Positions 18,128-28,492 of a stretch of DNA of 50,289 nt are shown one piece after another. Source of the DNA: Bacteriovoracia bacterium (GTDB lineage Bacteria > Bdellovibrionota > Bacteriovoracia > Bacteriovoracales > Bacteriovoracaceae). The stretch is taken from positions 1 to 50,289 of the forward strand of contig JBKHVI010000016.1 in NCBI GenBank assembly GCA_046570105.1, read 5' to 3'. The first letter of the stretch is position 1. Each line of letters begins with the position of its first letter. The notes beneath the pieces were generated by a model. That model saw nothing but the letters and a program-made list of their open reading frames with translations. It did not search any database and was not told the origin of the DNA. Position numbers and translations under genes: made by a program.

Positions 18128-19237
18128 TTATCCTATTCGATAAACGCGAGGTACTCGCGCACTAATGCCACACAACGCCTGATAAGCATGTGTGTTCATA
18201 TGTGTTGCCCAATCTATTAATGTTTTAGGATTGGCTTCCCAAAATTTAACTTCATCACCGACATTAATTTTTCCGAGCGCACTGGAATTAAAAAACAAAA
18301 ATGCCATATCCATATTCACGCGGCCAAAGACGCGTGCTTTCTCACCATTAATCATAAAATCATGGCCGGTGCTCTGAGTGGGAAACCCATCGCCATATCC
18401 AATCGGCAATACTGCGACAACTCCGTCTTCACCGGCCACATGGGTGCCGTAACCAATCGGAGTTCCCTTTTTCACAGGGAAGACTTTCATCACACGAGTG
18501 ATGAGACTTGAGACCATTTGAGTTGTTCCCTGATAGCTCCATGGACCATAGAGCATGAGTCCAGGTCTTACCCATGTTTCATCACAGGCAAAATTTTGCT
18601 CAATCGCTCCAGAGTTTGCTAGCGATGTTTCTTCAATCGCAATACCCATGCCGCGAAATAAGGCCAGTGCCTCATTGAATTGAGCACGTTGTTTGTGAGA
18701 TTTATCATCAGGTTTAATTTCACTCGCGGCCCGCGCGAAATGACTCATCAAATGCTGAATAGATTTGCGGCCACTTTTAACAATCGCTCGTCCCATCTCT
18801 TCCCAATTTTCCGCATCCACTCCAATGCGATTCATGCCGGTGTTAAGCTTAATAGTGAGTGGAAGATGTTTAAAGCAAGGATCATGTAAAAAAGTTTTAA
18901 GTGATTCCATGTCGTGGATGACGGGCAAAAGATTTTTACTAGCGTAACGACTATGAAATTTGGGTTCGTTAACGAGCGTGTCGGAGAAAACATATATGCG
19001 ACCGGGATAATGAGGCAGTGCCTGCTGGAGACTCTCTCCTTCTGCTAACGTTGCGACTCCCATGGCCTCTGCTTTTATCTCTTCGGCCAAAAATCTGCCA
19101 ACCGGCAAAAGTCCGTGCCCGTAAGCATCGGCCTTAATCATGGGAAGCACGCGCGCCTTGGGAGCAAGTTTTTTCACTTGCTCAAAGTTGTGGGCCAGCG
19201 TGGCCCAATTAACTTCTAGGCGGGTATGAGCTCGCAT
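18128..19237 (-). CDS. alr: Alanine racemase
   Basis: 'MIKADAYGHG' (PLP Lys), 'NTGMNRIG', 'VRPGLMLYG', 'PIGYGDG', 'GRVNMD'. Confidence 0.95.
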   Translation of the reverse strand: MRAHTRLEVNWATLAHNFEQVKKLAPKARVLPMIKADAYGHGLLPVGRFLAEEIKAEAMGVATLAEGESLQQALPHYPGRIYVFSDTLVNEPKFHSRYASKNLLPVIHDMESLKTFLHDPCFKHLPLTIKLNTGMNRIGVDAENWEEMGRAIVKSGRKSIQHLMSHFARAASEIKPDDKSHKQRAQFNEALALFRGMGIAIEETSLANSGAIEQNFACDETWVRPGLMLYGPWSYQGTTQMVSSLITRVMKVFPVKKGTPIGYGTHVAGEDGVVAVLPIGYGDGFPTQSTGHDFMINGEKARVFGRVNMDMAFLFFNSSALGKINVGDEVKFWEANPKTLIDWATHMNTHAYQALCGISARVPRVYRIG

Positions 19238-19241
19238 ATTA

Positions 19242-20675
19242 TTATTGGGCCGATGAGTTCATGGGGCGCGCTTGCATGCGGGCCTGGGCTTCCATAATCG
19301 GAAACTCATCAAACTCACGCTCAAGCACGCGCAAATAATTCACGGCCGATGGAGCAATTAACTTCACGGTTGGTTTTGCCTCTTCACCTAGCAAACGAGT
19401 CTCGTCTTCGAAGTATTTCCAAAAAGGAAAAGCCGCCAAGAGATCTTTCGCCTGATTGAAATCGCGTTCAAGAAATGGCTGTTGAATAAAGAGCACCACA
19501 TGCCATGGCCCCATGAAACTAAAACGAGTTGTTTCATGCATGACTTCACCCAAACGAATGAAGAAATCATTAAAGGCCGGTGAGTAGTGATAACGATTGC
19601 CAGTTTTTTTCTTAATCAAATTCATTAATGGAGTGAAGCTCAAAAGCACAACTTTCTCACTGGCTTCCACTTGATGATGATGAAGCTTGTCTAAGTGATC
19701 GAGTGCTTCCCAAACTGGTCGCGCCTGCATCTGTGGACGAGGCATCTCGCGGCTTAAGCGCCAACGACGCCAGCTAGCCGTCAACATCTGGCCCATTAAA
19801 TCCCATGGGAACTCAATCAAGCGCTCTTGATCAACTTCTACATACACCAACATCTCAGGATGAGCCGTTCCTCCCAAGAGGCGCAACTCCACTGGATCAT
19901 TTTCAAATAAATCGCTCGCTACCTGCCAGGCCATATCAATAGCGAAGGGCTCAATTCCTTGGGCGCAGTCTTTGCCAATCCAAAGTCCTGGTAGCGCTAA
20001 CCACTTCGGGCGCTGGATACTGGGAGTCACGAGTTTTTGACGATTGTGGCCCAGTTCATACATCGCCACTTTTTTTACTGGCTCCCAGTCTGTGAGTTTT
20101 TTAAAGAGTGCTGTGGTGAATTCACCATTCATCGCTTCTTCTTCTAAATTTCTCATCATGGAGTCGATAAATTCAAAGTGGGCTTTAAATTGTTCGCTTT
20201 CATTTTTCTCACCAATCAAACGAGCCGAACGCGTTTGCAAGCGTGAAATGCGCTCTTCCAATTCTTGATTACGCGTTTCGATGGCAAGTTCTCTACGACG
20301 TCGCTCAGTTAGAGCAAACACTTGCGCCTGGAGTGCGCTATCACCAGAGATGTAAGCATAGGCCGGTAGATTAAATGTTGATTGCAATAAAAACTGCGTT
20401 TCAATTTTATGATAAAAAGCGGTGCAAAGAGTTCCATCTTTCACACGAGGGTGATCTTTGAATTTTGTGGCACCAAAACTTATCTTCGTCACATCGACGA
20501 TCGCGAGATCAGGTGCTTCGAGTTTTACCGCCATCCAGAATTCATCGAGTTCACGATAAAAATGGGCAAAGATGCCGGCCTCACGCAAGGCCAGTGAAAG
20601 ATTCTGCGCACCCTGAACGTCTTCCATGAGAAGGGCGACACTTAAATCACGTTTCTTAAATTCTGTTTTCTTCAT
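19242..20675 (-). CDS. Hypothetical signalling-like protein (degenerate receiver domain, coiled coil, unknown C-terminal domain)
   Basis: 'VALLMED...LSLALREAG', 'PDLAIVDV'; central coiled coil; ATG at 20675 follows GGAG. Confidence 0.55.
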   Translation of the reverse strand: MKKTEFKKRDLSVALLMEDVQGAQNLSLALREAGIFAHFYRELDEFWMAVKLEAPDLAIVDVTKISFGATKFKDHPRVKDGTLCTAFYHKIETQFLLQSTFNLPAYAYISGDSALQAQVFALTERRRRELAIETRNQELEERISRLQTRSARLIGEKNESEQFKAHFEFIDSMMRNLEEEAMNGEFTTALFKKLTDWEPVKKVAMYELGHNRQKLVTPSIQRPKWLALPGLWIGKDCAQGIEPFAIDMAWQVASDLFENDPVELRLLGGTAHPEMLVYVEVDQERLIEFPWDLMGQMLTASWRRWRLSREMPRPQMQARPVWEALDHLDKLHHHQVEASEKVVLLSFTPLMNLIKKKTGNRYHYSPAFNDFFIRLGEVMHETTRFSFMGPWHVVLFIQQPFLERDFNQAKDLLAAFPFWKYFEDETRLLGEEAKPTVKLIAPSAVNYLRVLEREFDEFPIMEAQARMQARPMNSSAQ

Positions 20676-20706
20676 AAAACCCACTCCGTTGGTTTTTAAT
20701 ACACTC

Positions 20707-21219
20707 TCAGGCTAGCCCGACGAGTCGCAGAATGGCCAGAGCGACCTCCTCTGGAGAGCGACTGGCATCGACTTTTTTTGTCACTTGATCAAACTGCTCT
20801 TTTCTCTCTGAAAAAAGCTTACTTAAAGTTTCTTTTCCTTGGGCCACTAAGGGCCTTGTGGCGCTCGTTTCTTGAATCCGTTGCCAGCAAACTTCAAACG
20901 GACAGTCGAGGTGAATCACCACCGCGTCACTTTGCTGAAGCAGACCCAAGCCATGCCCTAAACTCCCTCCGCCCAGGGCCAGAATCCAAGGAGTGGGCAT
21001 TTTTAAAACATCAGCGAGGACCTGTTTTTCGCGGGCGCGAAACTCATCCCAGCCCCATTTTTCGATTAATTCACCTAACGGGGCTTCGCCCTTTGACACC
21101 AACAGATCCAAATCCATGGCCATAAGGCCAGGTCGCTGCCGACTTAACTCGGCCAAAACCGTTGTTTTTCCAGCTCCACTGAATCCAGCCAGCACGAGTT
21201 TGAGGTCAGGGCTTTTCAT
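20707..21219 (-). CDS. aroK: Shikimate kinase
   Basis: 'GFSGAGKTT', 'DLD', 'GWDEFRARE', 'ALGGG', 'RPL'. Confidence 0.9.
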   Translation of the reverse strand: MKSPDLKLVLAGFSGAGKTTVLAELSRQRPGLMAMDLDLLVSKGEAPLGELIEKWGWDEFRAREKQVLADVLKMPTPWILALGGGSLGHGLGLLQQSDAVVIHLDCPFEVCWQRIQETSATRPLVAQGKETLSKLFSERKEQFDQVTKKVDASRSPEEVALAILRLVGLA

Positions 21220-21263
21220 TCTAGGTGCCTTCCATTAGTAATGTCTCACCAGAAGGATAAAGC

Positions 21264-21812
21264 ATGATGACCCCTTTAGAAACTACTCTCGAAGCTCGCA
21301 TCAATATGGCGAAGCTGCCACTCAATGCGCGCTTGAACTACAAACTCGATAAAACGCAAAATTGGCTAAAAGATATTTTGCTCGAGATGAACGAAAATGC
21401 CAAAGATCGCACTCCTGATGAGTGGCTCAACGAGACAGAAATCACTCTTGAGTTAGAACTCATGAAAAGTTTTAAGGGCGAAATTGGAGAATATCTTTTG
21501 GTGGCGGGCCATCTTGAAGCAACATACGCCACCGAGTGCGTGCGCACTTTGAAGCCGATGAAAGAGAGTATCACCGCTGATTTCAAATCCTGTTTTGCTC
21601 CCGAGGCGCTGCTAAGTTCTGAAGAATACGCAGAGTCTGGTGAAATCTGGACCGATAATCATACCTGGGAACTTTATGGCTATGAGCGCCATCAAGTGGA
21701 GCTCTTCGAGATGGTACGTGAGCAGGCGTACTTAAATTATAACTACTACCCTCGCATTGATGCGGAGGGTCCTTTGGATCTTGATTTCCCTGCCGACAAG
21801 TCGCGTCAGTAG
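21264..21812 (+). CDS. yceD: YceD/DUF177 family protein
   Basis: 'GHLEATYATECVRTLKP', 'VELFEMVREQAYL'; immediately upstream of rpmF. Confidence 0.75.
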   Translation: MMTPLETTLEARINMAKLPLNARLNYKLDKTQNWLKDILLEMNENAKDRTPDEWLNETEITLELELMKSFKGEIGEYLLVAGHLEATYATECVRTLKPMKESITADFKSCFAPEALLSSEEYAESGEIWTDNHTWELYGYERHQVELFEMVREQAYLNYNYYPRIDAEGPLDLDFPADKSRQ

Positions 21813-21902
21813 CCAAAAAATTATTCTTGGCAAAGACGGCCTCATGTCATAGAAATAGGGACTCTTTTTAACTGTTTTGACTGATTTTCCTGGAGGATTA
21901 CC

Positions 21903-22115
21903 GTGGCTGTTCCTAAGAAACGCACGAGCGTGTCTCGCAAAGGTCTGCGTCGTGCCGGCCAACATCATAAGCTCTACCGCAAGTTCCCTATGGCTTGCTC
22001 TAACTGCGGCGACTTCACTATGCCTCACCATGTGTGCCCTTCTTGCGGTCACTACAAAGGCAAACAAGTTGTTGAAGTAAAAGAAAAAGCCAGTGCAGAA
22101 AGCGCTGAAGCGTAA
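21903..22115 (+). CDS. rpmF: 50S ribosomal protein L32 (Zn-ribbon type)
   Basis: 'MAVPKKRTS', 'CSNCG....HHVCPSCGHYKG'; GTG start after GGAGG. Confidence 0.97.
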   Translation: MAVPKKRTSVSRKGLRRAGQHHKLYRKFPMACSNCGDFTMPHHVCPSCGHYKGKQVVEVKEKASAESAEA

Positions 22116-22145
22116 TTTGTTGAAAAACTGATTTTGACCTTAACA

Positions 22146-22173
22146 AAAAGCCTTCTTCAAAGAAGGCTTTTTT
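22146..22173 (+). terminator. Rho-independent terminator after rpmF
   Basis: AAAAAGCCTTCTT-ca-AAGAAGGCTTTTT hairpin with T tract. Confidence 0.8.
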
Positions 22174-22192
22174 GTTTCGAAAGGAAGTTCGT

Positions 22193-23185
22193 ATGTTTCA
22201 GACAAAAATCCTCGGCACTGGTCACTATGTTCCTCCTCGTGTGATGACCAACGATGAAATCTCAAAAATGGTCGACACCTCTCACCAGTGGATCGTTGAG
22301 CGAACAGGAATTCACGAGAGAAGAATCGCTGATCCTAAAGTTGATATTCCAAGTAGCATGGCCCACAAAGCAGCCGTCAAAGCTCTTGAGGCCGCCAATC
22401 TTCAACCTAACGATGTTGAATTGATTTTGTTCTCAACGACTTTTCCCGACATGTTCTTTCCTAACACCGCCACCCAACTACAGGCCAAACTCGGGATCAC
22501 AAATAATTGTGGCTGTCTTGATATGAACGCAGCTTGTACTGGTTTCATGTATGCCTTCACTTTAGCTGACGGCATGATTCGCTCGGGTATGTACAAAACC
22601 ATTTTGGTGGTGGGTGCTGAGATGACGAGTGGATTTAATAACTGGAAAGATCGCAACACTTGCATTCTTTTCGGTGACGGCGCTGGTGTGGCCGTTTTAG
22701 GTCGTGCTCCAGAAGGTGACAAAGCAGGAGTGAAAGCTCACGTGCTATCTGGCGATGCCACTAAAGGTGAACACCTTATGCTTCGAGGCGGTGGTGCTGC
22801 TATTCCGATCAACACAGAAAACGTCGGTACCGATGTTCAATGTGTCGTGATGGATGGCAAAGAAGTTTTCAAGGCTGCCGTAAAAACTATGGCAGCACAT
22901 GCTGAGCAACTTCTTACTGACTCAGGTCTCTCGATGGAAAAGGTTGATTGGTTTATTCCTCATCAAGCGAATCTTCGTATTATTGAAGCCGTTGCCAATC
23001 GTTTCAACTTCCCGCTTGAGCGCGCAGTTGTGAACGTAAATAAATATGCCAACACCTCTTCCGCCACTATTCCTATCGCTTTAGATGAAGCGATTCGTGA
23101 TGGCCGTATTAAGCGTGGTCAAACATTGATGCTCACAGCTTTCGGAGCTGGCATGACATCAGGTGGATCACTTCTGACTTACTAA
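22193..23185 (+). CDS. fabH: 3-oxoacyl-ACP synthase III
   Basis: 'AACTGF', 'LFGDGAG', 'PHQANLRII', 'NTSSATIP'; ATG at 22193 follows AAGGA. Confidence 0.95.
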   Translation: MFQTKILGTGHYVPPRVMTNDEISKMVDTSHQWIVERTGIHERRIADPKVDIPSSMAHKAAVKALEAANLQPNDVELILFSTTFPDMFFPNTATQLQAKLGITNNCGCLDMNAACTGFMYAFTLADGMIRSGMYKTILVVGAEMTSGFNNWKDRNTCILFGDGAGVAVLGRAPEGDKAGVKAHVLSGDATKGEHLMLRGGGAAIPINTENVGTDVQCVVMDGKEVFKAAVKTMAAHAEQLLTDSGLSMEKVDWFIPHQANLRIIEAVANRFNFPLERAVVNVNKYANTSSATIPIALDEAIRDGRIKRGQTLMLTAFGAGMTSGGSLLTY

Positions 23186-23195
23186 GGAGTTTTAA

Positions 23196-24143
23196 ATGGG
23201 TATTACTCTCGTATTTCCCGGCCAGGGATCTCAATACGTCGGCATGGGCTCAACCTTTAAAGACCATGCGGCTTTTAATTATTTCTCACGCGCTGATCAG
23301 GCACTGGGTTTCTCGCTCACTTCATTGTGCTTAGAAGGTCCTGAAGACCAACTTAAAATGACCGAGTTCACTCAACCGGCGATTGTTACTCATTCGGTGG
23401 CGATGTTTGAAATCTTAAAACCCAAACTCTCTGCCATGGGAATTAGTATTGATCGCGTGCTTGGTCATTCAGTTGGTGAATACGCAGCACTGGTGGCGGC
23501 AGGAGCTTTGAGTTTTGAAGAAGCCGTTAAAGCGGTCAACCTTCGTGGCAAGGCCATGCAAGAAGCTGTTCCAGTCGGCCAAGGAAAAATGATCGCGATT
23601 TTAAAAATCTCACAAGACTGGGTAGAAAGGGCATGCGCTGCTGGAAGCAGCGCTCATGAGAGCGTGATGCCCGCAAACTTCAATGATCCCAAGCAAATTG
23701 TGATCTCTGGTCATGCCGCTGCTTGTGAGCGTGCGGTTACGTGGCTGGCGGAAAATTGTTCAGAAAAACATGGCGCCATTCCCTTGAACGTTTCAGCACC
23801 ATTCCATTCAACGCTGATGGAGCCAGCGGCTCGCGTAATGGAAAAACATTTAGCAACGCTTGCTTTCAAAGCACCTCATACTGCTTACGTCGCCAACGTG
23901 GATGCTAAAGAATACACCGCAGGATCGAATCCCGAAGGGATTCGCAATCGCCTGGTAGAGCAAGTCTGTGGTTCAGTTCGCTGGACGCAGTCGATTCAAT
24001 CTCTCCCTGCTAATACAAAATATATTGAAGTGGGTCCGGGCAAAGTGCTCCAGGGACTCATTAAACGCATTCAACCAGAAGCTCAAACACTCTCACTGGA
24101 TTCAGTGGGCGCGCTTGATAAGCTGGAGGAGTTTCTCAAATGA
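23196..24143 (+). CDS. fabD: Malonyl CoA-ACP transacylase
   Basis: 'FPGQGSQ', 'GHSVGEY', 'SAPFHS', 'EVGPGKVL'. Confidence 0.96.
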   Translation: MGITLVFPGQGSQYVGMGSTFKDHAAFNYFSRADQALGFSLTSLCLEGPEDQLKMTEFTQPAIVTHSVAMFEILKPKLSAMGISIDRVLGHSVGEYAALVAAGALSFEEAVKAVNLRGKAMQEAVPVGQGKMIAILKISQDWVERACAAGSSAHESVMPANFNDPKQIVISGHAAACERAVTWLAENCSEKHGAIPLNVSAPFHSTLMEPAARVMEKHLATLAFKAPHTAYVANVDAKEYTAGSNPEGIRNRLVEQVCGSVRWTQSIQSLPANTKYIEVGPGKVLQGLIKRIQPEAQTLSLDSVGALDKLEEFLK

Positions 24144-24892
24144 TGTTTAACGATCTATCGCAAAAATCAATTCTTGTTACAGGTGCCTCACGCGGAATCG
24201 GTCGCGCTATCGCACTCACGCTGGCAGCTCAAAAAGCTCACGTGGTTTTCAACTACCGCGGAGATGAGGCACAAGCTAAAGAACTTGCTGGCGCGATTGA
24301 AGCGGCCGGTGGAAAAGCGACGGCTTTAAAATTTGATATGACAGATTTTGAAGCCATGAAGTCAGCACTTGATGGTTACTATGCCGCCGGTCACACGCTC
24401 CAAGGTCTAGTGAACAACGCCGGAAAATCAAAAGATCAACTCGTGCTTCGAGTGAAGCCGGAAGATATTGATGATTTAATGAATGTGAACTTAAAAGCGA
24501 CCATGGTGTTGACCAATTATCTCGCTAAGCATTTGATGAAAGCGCAAGGTGCGAGCATTGTGAACATGAGTTCAATCGTTGGATTGATGGGCAACACGGC
24601 TCAAACAGTTTACGCCGCAACCAAAGCGGGATTGATTGGTTATACCAAATCCATGGCGAAAGAACTTTCAAGTCGCCAGGTTCGCTGTAATGCTGTTTGC
24701 CCAGGCTTTATTGCCACTGATATGACGGCCGCCCTTCCGGACAAAGCTAAAGAGGAATACGCCAAAAGTATTCCCTTAGGTCGCATGGGGGAAGCTCAAG
24801 ATATCGCGAATCTCGTGTGTTTTCTGCTAAGTAACGCATCTGGCTACATAACTGGTGAAGTGATAAAAATTGACGGCGGATTATACATTTAA
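24140..24892 (+). CDS. fabG: 3-oxoacyl-ACP reductase
   Basis: 'TGASRGIG', 'NNAG', 'YAATK', 'PGFIATDMT'; fab operon context. Confidence 0.95.
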   Translation: MMFNDLSQKSILVTGASRGIGRAIALTLAAQKAHVVFNYRGDEAQAKELAGAIEAAGGKATALKFDMTDFEAMKSALDGYYAAGHTLQGLVNNAGKSKDQLVLRVKPEDIDDLMNVNLKATMVLTNYLAKHLMKAQGASIVNMSSIVGLMGNTAQTVYAATKAGLIGYTKSMAKELSSRQVRCNAVCPGFIATDMTAALPDKAKEEYAKSIPLGRMGEAQDIANLVCFLLSNASGYITGEVIKIDGGLYI

Positions 24893-24933
24893 TAACCTCG
24901 CTGTGATTCTATTTCCCTTTAAGGAGTAACTGA

Positions 24934-25167
24934 ATGGAAGTTCAAGACAAAGTCATTAAGCTCGTTAGCGAAGCCACAAAAATGGACGCTGCGAACATCA
25001 GCATCAACACTACATTCGTTGATGATCTTAACCTCGACTCACTCGACATGGTTGAGTTGATGATGAAGATGGAAGACGAGTTCGGCGTTGAGATTCCGGA
25101 AGATGAGACTGAGAACTTGAAGTCTATTGGAGACGTCGTTAACTATCTCAAAACTAAGTCACACTGA
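24934..25167 (+). CDS. acpP: Acyl carrier protein
   Basis: 'DLNLDSLDMVELMMKMEDEF'. Confidence 0.96.
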   Translation: MEVQDKVIKLVSEATKMDAANISINTTFVDDLNLDSLDMVELMMKMEDEFGVEIPEDETENLKSIGDVVNYLKTKSH

Positions 25168-25172
25168 TACGT

Positions 25173-25204
25173 ACAAAGGCCCCTTACGGGGCCTTTGTCG
25201 TTTT
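25173..25204 (+). terminator. Rho-independent terminator after acpP
   Basis: ACAAAGGCCCC-ttac-GGGGCCTTTGT followed by cgtttt. Confidence 0.75.
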
Positions 25205-25215
25205 AGGGGTATAAT

Positions 25216-26457
25216 ATGCAACTGCAACGTGTCGCTGTAACGGGTCTCGGAGCCATCTGTGGCCTAGGAAACTCAATCGAAGAAGTTTGGACCAATGCCC
25301 TCGCAGGCAAACCTGGTATCACCAAACTTGAAAAACAAGATACCACTGACTGGCCGGTGACTTTTGGGGGAGAAGTTAAAAACTTCAAACTCTCTGAAGA
25401 GCTGATGCCTCTTAAAGATCAAGAGCGCTTTGATTTATTTAATCATTTCGCCCTTCACGCGGGTGCGGCTGCTATTAAGCAAGCTGGTATCTCAAAAGAA
25501 ACATACGAGAGCACTCGCATCGGTATTATTTTTGGTACTGGGCTTGGTGGCTTTCCACATATTGAAATGCACCATAAGACCTATCTAGAAAAAGGTTTCC
25601 GTCGCATTTCTCCGTTCTTCATTCCATCAGTCATTCCTAATATGGCGCCAGGATTGTTGAGCATCCATTTTGGTTTCCGTGGTTTGAATTATTCTATCGC
25701 CAGCGCCTGTGCTTCATCGGCCCATGCGATTGGTGCCGCAGCAACAGAGATTATGCTCGGTCGCCAAGATGCGATGATTACCGGCGGAACGGAAGCTGTC
25801 ATCACTCCCTACACGATTGGTGGCTTTGCCTCCATGAAGGCGCTCTCTAAACGCAACGAAGAGCCAGGTCGCGCTTCACGTCCCTTCGATGTGGACCGTG
25901 ACGGATTTGTCATGGGCGAAGGTGCAGGTATTCTTGTTTTAGAAAATTATGAAAAAGCTAAAGCGCGCGGCGCACGCATCATTGCTGAAGTCGTCGGCTG
26001 GGGTGCCACCAGTGATTCTTATCACATCACCGCTCCTCATCCAGAAGGCGAAGGTACTATTCCTTGTATGCAACAAGCTCTCTCGCAAGCGGGCATCGCT
26101 CGCGAACTCGTGGGCTACATCAATGCCCACGGAACATCGACTCCTCAAGGGGACATCGCGGAAACGAATGCCATTAAACGTGTCTTTGGTGATCACGCTA
26201 AAAAGCTAGCGGTGAGTTCAACGAAATCCATGACGGGCCACTTGCTCGGAGCTGCTGGCGGTCTTGAAAGTATTTTCTGTATCAAGGCCCTTGAGACTGG
26301 CATGCTTCCTCCAACGATCAACTTGGACAAGCAGGATCCTCAATGTGATCTCGATTATGTCGCAAATAAAACTCGTAAAGCAGATATTCAGTACGCCATG
26401 AATAATTCATTCGGTTTTGGTGGAACAAACTCAAGTACCATTTTCAAAAAGGCATAA
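25216..26457 (+). CDS. fabF: 3-oxoacyl-ACP synthase II
   Basis: 'SACASSAHAIG', 'NAHGTST', 'KSMTGHLLGAAG', 'NSFGFGGTN'. Confidence 0.96.
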   Translation: MQLQRVAVTGLGAICGLGNSIEEVWTNALAGKPGITKLEKQDTTDWPVTFGGEVKNFKLSEELMPLKDQERFDLFNHFALHAGAAAIKQAGISKETYESTRIGIIFGTGLGGFPHIEMHHKTYLEKGFRRISPFFIPSVIPNMAPGLLSIHFGFRGLNYSIASACASSAHAIGAAATEIMLGRQDAMITGGTEAVITPYTIGGFASMKALSKRNEEPGRASRPFDVDRDGFVMGEGAGILVLENYEKAKARGARIIAEVVGWGATSDSYHITAPHPEGEGTIPCMQQALSQAGIARELVGYINAHGTSTPQGDIAETNAIKRVFGDHAKKLAVSSTKSMTGHLLGAAGGLESIFCIKALETGMLPPTINLDKQDPQCDLDYVANKTRKADIQYAMNNSFGFGGTNSSTIFKKA

Positions 26458-26460
26458 CAC

Positions 26461-27699
26461 ATGAAGCACTTAGAGAAGGTAGATCCTGAAGTTTTTAAAA
26501 GTATTAATCTTGAGGCCCACCGCCAAGAAGATGGTCTTGAACTCATCGCTTCGGAAAACTACTGCTCACGTGCTGTCATGGAAGCGCAGGGCTCATGCCT
26601 CACTAACAAATACGCTGAAGGCTATCCAGGCAAACGCTATTACAACGGTTGCGAATTCGTTGACCAAGTTGAGACGCTTGCCATTGAACGTTTAAAGAAA
26701 ATTTTCGGAAGCTCTTATGCCAACGTTCAGCCTCACTCTGGCTCGGGCGCTAACATGGCCGTCTACATGGCTTGCCTTCAACCGGGCGATACATTCTTAG
26801 GAATGGATCTCGCTGAAGGCGGACATCTTACTCACGGCTCACCCGTTAACTTCTCTGGAAAACTCTACAAAGCTCTGCACTACGGCCTTGATCCAAAAAC
26901 GGAGACGATTGACTACAATCGCTTGGAAGAGATCGCTAAGAAAGAGCGTCCTAAAATGATTATCGCCGGAGCTTCGGCGTATCCGCGCTTTATTGATTTT
27001 GCTCGCATGAAAGAAGTCGCCTCATCAGTGGGCGCAGTTTTCATGGTAGATATGGCCCATATTGCAGGTCTTGTTGCTGCTGGTGTTCACCCCAGCCCTA
27101 TCGGTATTGCTGATGTGACAACATCAACAACTCATAAAACTCTTCGTGGTCCGCGCGGTGGAATTATTCTCACTAACTCAGAAGACTGGGCGAAAAAATT
27201 TAACTCGCTGATTTTCCCAGGAATTCAAGGTGGTCCACTAGAGCATGTGATCGCTGCTAAAGCCGTCGCATTCCAAGAAGCGCTTCAGCCAAGCTTCAAA
27301 ACATATCAACAGCAAGTCGTGAAGAACGCCCAGGTACTAGCCACTACTTTGATGAGTGAAGGCATTGATCTGGTTTCTGGTGGAACTGATAACCATCTCG
27401 TCCTTCTCAAAACCGACTCCGTGAATATGAGCGGTAAAGAAGCCTCAGAACTACTTGAGCGCGTCTTGATCACTTGTAACAAAAATATGGTTCCAGGCGA
27501 CAAGCGCTCACCTTTCGTCACATCTGGTGTTCGCCTTGGTACTCCGGCCGTCACAACTCGTGGATTCAAAGAGTCTGAGACAAAAACCATGGCGCAATTA
27601 ATTGCTCGTGCTTTAAAAAACTCTCAAGATGCTGGTATTTTAGAAAAAGTAAAAACCGACGTGCGCGATTTGTGCCGTCAATTCCCGGTGTACCCATGA
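26461..27699 (+). CDS. glyA: Serine hydroxymethyltransferase
   Basis: 'LIASENY', 'NKYAEGYPG', '[12 protein letters not shown]'. Confidence 0.98.
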   Translation: MKHLEKVDPEVFKSINLEAHRQEDGLELIASENYCSRAVMEAQGSCLTNKYAEGYPGKRYYNGCEFVDQVETLAIERLKKIFGSSYANVQPHSGSGANMAVYMACLQPGDTFLGMDLAEGGHLTHGSPVNFSGKLYKALHYGLDPKTETIDYNRLEEIAKKERPKMIIAGASAYPRFIDFARMKEVASSVGAVFMVDMAHIAGLVAAGVHPSPIGIADVTTSTTHKTLRGPRGGIILTNSEDWAKKFNSLIFPGIQGGPLEHVIAAKAVAFQEALQPSFKTYQQQVVKNAQVLATTLMSEGIDLVSGGTDNHLVLLKTDSVNMSGKEASELLERVLITCNKNMVPGDKRSPFVTSGVRLGTPAVTTRGFKESETKTMAQLIARALKNSQDAGILEKVKTDVRDLCRQFPVYP

Positions 27700-27920
27700 A
27701 AATTTTGATCCTTCTTGCTCTCGTTGCTTGCTCTGCTCCTCAAACTGAAAAGGCCGCAGAAGCTCCTCAAAAGAGTCCCTATACTGCAGAAAAGCCCTGT
27801 GCCTGTATGAAGATCTACATGCCAGTCTGCGGCACAGATGGAATAACTTACGGGAATTCATGCGAAGCTGAGTGCCAAAAGGTGAAATGGACGGATGGTC
27901 CTTGTAAAAAGGCCCAGTAA
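27696..27920 (+). CDS. Kazal-type serine protease inhibitor lipoprotein
   Basis: Lipobox [12 protein letters not shown]; six-Cys Kazal pattern '[26 protein letters not shown]...GPC'; ATGA overlap with glyA. Confidence 0.88.
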   Translation: MKILILLALVACSAPQTEKAAEAPQKSPYTAEKPCACMKIYMPVCGTDGITYGNSCEAECQKVKWTDGPCKKAQ

Positions 27921-27991
27921 CTCTCTTCTTTTCGGTCACTTGACGCACTAGTTTCTGGACATTACGACTCAGCATAGGTTAAGTTTCGAAT

Positions 27992-28492
27992 ATGAATTGC
28001 CCGTTTTGCAACACGACAGATACCAAGGTGCTCGACTCACGTCTTCTTGCTGAAGGCAACGAAGTCCGTCGTCGCCGTAAGTGCGAGTCTTGCCAAAAAC
28101 GTTTCACGACTTATGAGAAAGTCGAAGTCAGCATGCCTCTTGTTTTAAAACGTGATGGCCGCACGGAAGACTACCGTCCTGAAAAATTACGCGGCGGAAT
28201 TGAAGTCGCCTGTAAAAAATTATCCGTTAAAACAGAACAGATTGATCGCGTGGTGGGCAATATTGAAAAAGCCATCATGGATATCTCTGACAAAGAAGTT
28301 CCTACCGAGACGATTGGCAAACTCGTGATGATGTACCTTCGTCACTTAGACCCAGTCGCTTATGTTCGTTTTGCTGCTGTTTACTACCGTGAGTTTAAAG
28401 ACGTTGATCAGTTCCTAAGCAAACTGCAAGACGAAGAAAAGCATTTCAAAATTCATCCCTCGAAGGAAGTTCCCATTGAATACCAGGCGTGA
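27992..28492 (+). CDS. nrdR: Transcriptional repressor NrdR
   Basis: 'MNCPFC...KVLDSR...RRRRKCESCQKRFTTYE', ATP cone, 'AYVRFAAVY'. Confidence 0.96.
   Translation: MNCPFCNTTDTKVLDSRLLAEGNEVRRRRKCESCQKRFTTYEKVEVSMPLVLKRDGRTEDYRPEKLRGGIEVACKKLSVKTEQIDRVVGNIEKAIMDISDKEVPTETIGKLVMMYLRHLDPVAYVRFAAVYYREFKDVDQFLSKLQDEEKHFKIHPSKEVPIEYQA

Noticed and set aside
22172..22192. TTG start for fabH
   Set aside because: It lies at the end of the rpmF terminator; ATG 22193 has an RBS and matches the family start.
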